Origin: Eledone cirrhosa
Taxonomy: Eukaryota
Direction of reading: 5' to 3'
Assembly (NCBI GenBank): GCA_964016885.1
Contig: OZ024740.1
Location: forward strand, 138,570,001 to 138,634,000
Length of the DNA: 64,000 bases
In this document: in pieces, positions 61,270 through 64,000 of the stretch
Layout of the letters: each line of letters starts with the position of its first letter
Position numbering within the stretch: position 1 is the first letter of the stretch
Translations under genes and position numbers: made by a program
Notes under the pieces: model-generated
What the model saw: the letters and a program-made list of their open reading frames with translations, nothing else
Database searches by the model: none
What the model was told of the DNA's origin: nothing

Positions 61270-62765
61270 TACATTATGAAGAGAGAAGAAACATTTAGAT
61301 ATAATTAGTAATAAAATGTATCATACCTAAACTGTTCCTAAATTCCTCGACTACGTAGTTTCGTGGCATAAACAAAAACAATATATCAAAGATATAGAGT
61401 CCTTGCGAGGTCTGCCGACTTATCAAGAGGATACCTCATTTTACTAGTCTCAAGAACGCGTCTACACGACGTGAGAAAAAATCCCAAAAGGCGGAGGGGG
61501 AGATAGTCACGCGATATAACGGTCGAGAAACAGAGCTAAGCCTCTTATAACCACGAAGAAAATACCACGGAGGCGGAGGGGGTATTCATATCGAGGCCGT
61601 AGAAGAGGTAGTGAAGAAGGCGAGAAGTATGAGTAATGGAAGCCTTCCAGTTGTCCCCACACCTCAAAGATTGCTCGACCAGAGGGAGTTATTAATATAT
61701 TTAGAAACACACAGATACATGCGGACGCACACATATATACATGAATGCATCCGCACCCAACTGTGAGTTAAGGGTGCCAACTTCACCGATGTTGCTCAAT
61801 GAATGACTGGGACAGACCAATTCAGTTTGAACTAGACTGAACCAGTATCAGAGTTAAAAATACATTATGAAGAGAGAAGAAACATTTAGATATAATTAGT
61901 AATAAAATGTATCATACCTAAACTGTTCCTAAATTCCTCGACTACGTAGTTTCGTGGCATAAACAAAAACAATATATCAAAGATATAGAGTCCTTGCGAG
62001 GTCTGCCGACTTATCAAGAGGATACCTCATTTTACTAGTCTCAAGAACGCGTCTACACGACGTGAGAAAGAATCCCAAAAGGCGGAGGGGGAGATAGTCA
62101 CGCGATATAACGGTCGATTGGGTGCGGATGCATTCATGTATATATGTGTGCGTCCGCATGTATCTGTGTGTTTCTAAATATATTAATAACTCCCTCTGGT
62201 CGAGCAATCTTTGAGGTGTGGGGACAACTGGAAGGCTTCCATTACTCATACTTCTCGCCTTCTTCACTACCTCTTCTACGGCCTCGATATGAATACCCCC
62301 TCCGCCTCCGTGGTATTTTCTTCGTGGTTATAAGAGGCTTAGCTCTGTTTCTCGACCGTTATATCGCGTGACTATCTCCCCCTCCGCCTTTTGGGATTCT
62401 TTCTCACGTCGTGTAGACGCGTTCTTGAGACTAGTAAAATGAGGTATCCTCTTGATAAGTCGGCAGACCTCGCAAGGACTCTATATCTTTGATATATTGT
62501 TTTTGTTTATGCCACGAAACTACGTAGTCGAGGAATTTAGGAACAGTTTAGGTATGATACATTTTATTACTAATTATATCTAAATGTTTCTTCTCTCTTC
62601 ATAATGTATTTTTAACTCTGATACTGGTTCAGTCTAGTTCAAACTGAATTGGTCTGTCCCAGTCATTCATTGAGCAACATCGGTGAAGTTGGCACCCTTA
62701 ACTCACAGTTGGGTGCGGATGCATTCATGTATATATGTGTGCGTCCGCATGTATCTGTGTGTTTC

Positions 62766-62774
<9 letters not shown>
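61270..62774. mobile_element. Retrozyme-like non-coding 591-nt monomer concatemer: about 1.4 units on minus (61270-62117) joined to about 1.1 units on plus (62118-62774)
   Basis: Period 591 on both arms (HHR starts 61344/61935; TTGGGTGCGG at 62118/62709). One HHR per unit, (TA)n on both flanks. Confidence 0.8.
62447..62534 (+). ncRNA. Type I hammerhead, U3-A8 core (copies at 61344-61431 and 61935-62022 on minus)
   Basis: TCCTC-TTGATAA-GT(C)GGCA...TGCCAC-GAAA-CTACGTAG-TC-GAGGA. Predicted cleavage after C62529. Confidence 0.85.
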
Positions 62775-62797
<23 letters not shown>

Positions 62798-62800
<3 letters not shown>

Positions 62801-63710
62801 ATAATAATAAATTTGAAGACTAAAATCCAAAGAGGGCTCGATAAGGATAAATATATATCAAATATATAAGAACCGTAGAGCAAATATTTATTAAAATAAC
62901 AGATTAAAGTTTAAGCAAAGAATCGCTGCTTTCACCCTTAACGGGATCTTTTGAAACTAACAAAGTCAATCTGTAAACGCAGAAGTGGATATTTCAAAAA
63001 ACGTTGCAACCGGAGGAAGACAGGAAGACGATACTTTTGTTCGTGGAAACGTTCCCTTCACAAAACATACAGGTAATATGTACTTACCTATGCAAATAAG
63101 TAATGGTATAAACATAACATATACTTACATGCATACCCATTCTTTTCGTTACCCTCTAAGAAGGAATATGACGTCACTTTCAGCTTATATCTGGAGTCTA
63201 AAAGACAACCACACCCAATATAAGTTACACTGGGAGATCCTAGCTAGAGCTGGATCGTATAACGGTAATAAAAGACCATGTGACCTCTGCACCGCTGAGG
63301 CCCTGGAAATACTCTACGCCACAGACCACATCTTAAACAAAAAATCTGAGGCAATTTCGGCTTGTAAACATAAATTGCACAAAACTTTCCTGTATTACAG
63401 CCCCACGTTATATCCTAACGGATAGTACGATCTATACGTGGATATTTTACGTCTTGATGTGGTAGCTAAGTATATGTTTTGTTTATACCATTACTTATTT
63501 GCATAGGTAAGTACATATTACCTGTATGTTTTGTGAAGGGAACGTTTCCACGAACAAAAGTATCGTCTTCCTGTCTTCCTCCGGTTGCAACGTTTTTTGA
63601 AATATCCACTTCTGCGTTTACAGATTGACTTTGTTAGTTTCAGAAGATCCCGTTAAGGGTGAAAGCAGCGATTCTTTGCTTAAACTTTAATTTGTTATTT
63701 TAATAAATAT
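62798..63710 (+). mobile_element. 5'-truncated Hydra-type Penelope-like element with inverted 3' segment (62798-63127) and HHR variant at 63636-63686(+) / 62908-62958(-)
   Basis: 63128-63425 encodes HTHSFRYPLRRNMTSLSAYIWSLKD...LHWEIL...CDLCTAEALEIL...LNKKSEAISACKHK. HHR AGTTT-CAGAAGA-TCCC GTTAA GGGT-GAAA-GCA..TGC-TT-AAACT. (TA)n flanks. Confidence 0.85.
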
Positions 63711-63789
63711 ATATATATATATATATATCCAAGAGATGTCAACATGAATGGACCTGTTATTTTTATCTAAGGACATTTTCTCTAATTCC

Positions 63790-63946
63790 AACCCGCCTGC
63801 CCCTTCAATCTATCTTATTTCCCATTGTTTCTTCTGATTAAGGACTAGCGTCCGAAACGTCAGTACCCTCTTCCTGCTATTTCAAGCATTGACCTAATAC
63901 ATTCCTTCCATATACTGTACTGATTGTGTTGTTATTTCTAATTATC

Positions 63947-63950
<4 letters not shown>
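63790..63950 (+). mobile_element. Older HHR-bearing repeat family (CTGATGA-A-GGAC NNNN GTCC-GAAACGT consensus)
   Basis: Motif at 63831-63863. Decayed relatives at about 5320-5440(+), 32305-32380(-), 48430-48480(-), 54055-54180(-), 58895-59020(-). Confidence 0.65.
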
Positions 63951-63985
<35 letters not shown>

Positions 63986-64000
63986 AACACACACACACAC

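Noticed and set aside
62985-63127. First part of the 146-aa ORF
   Set aside because: It is the antisense of the element's 3' UTR in the inverted arm; only 63128-63425 is endonuclease-derived.

Overview
AT-rich eukaryotic genomic DNA saturated with (TA)n, (CA)n, (TATG)n and (GA)n microsatellites and tRNA-derived SINEs. The repeat landscape looks like an octopod cephalopod (inference). Nearly all ORFs in the supplied track are microsatellite artefacts. The only supportable host gene is a claudin/PMP22-like tetraspan membrane gene on the minus strand, seen as its last two coding exons (27428-27568, 18004-18197); I could not find its 5' exons. The dominant hidden structure is a dense population of Penelope-like retroelement (PLE) derivatives inserted in (TA)n. 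These include 5'-truncated GIY-YIG elements of Naiad and Hydra type, many fold-back (inverted) 3' ends, and about 30 hand-parsed type I hammerhead ribozyme (HHR) motifs, intact or decayed, from at least ten sequence families. Many of these HHRs carry a covarying U3-A8 core instead of C3-G8. The best candidate for an undescribed system is at 61270-62774: a non-coding 591-nt monomer with one HHR per unit, present as a near-identical tandem-plus-inverted concatemer, resembling a retrozyme/circular-RNA element. Several fold-back junctions fall on ribozyme stems or palindromic loops. All structures were parsed by eye and boundaries are approximate; no searches or folding were run.
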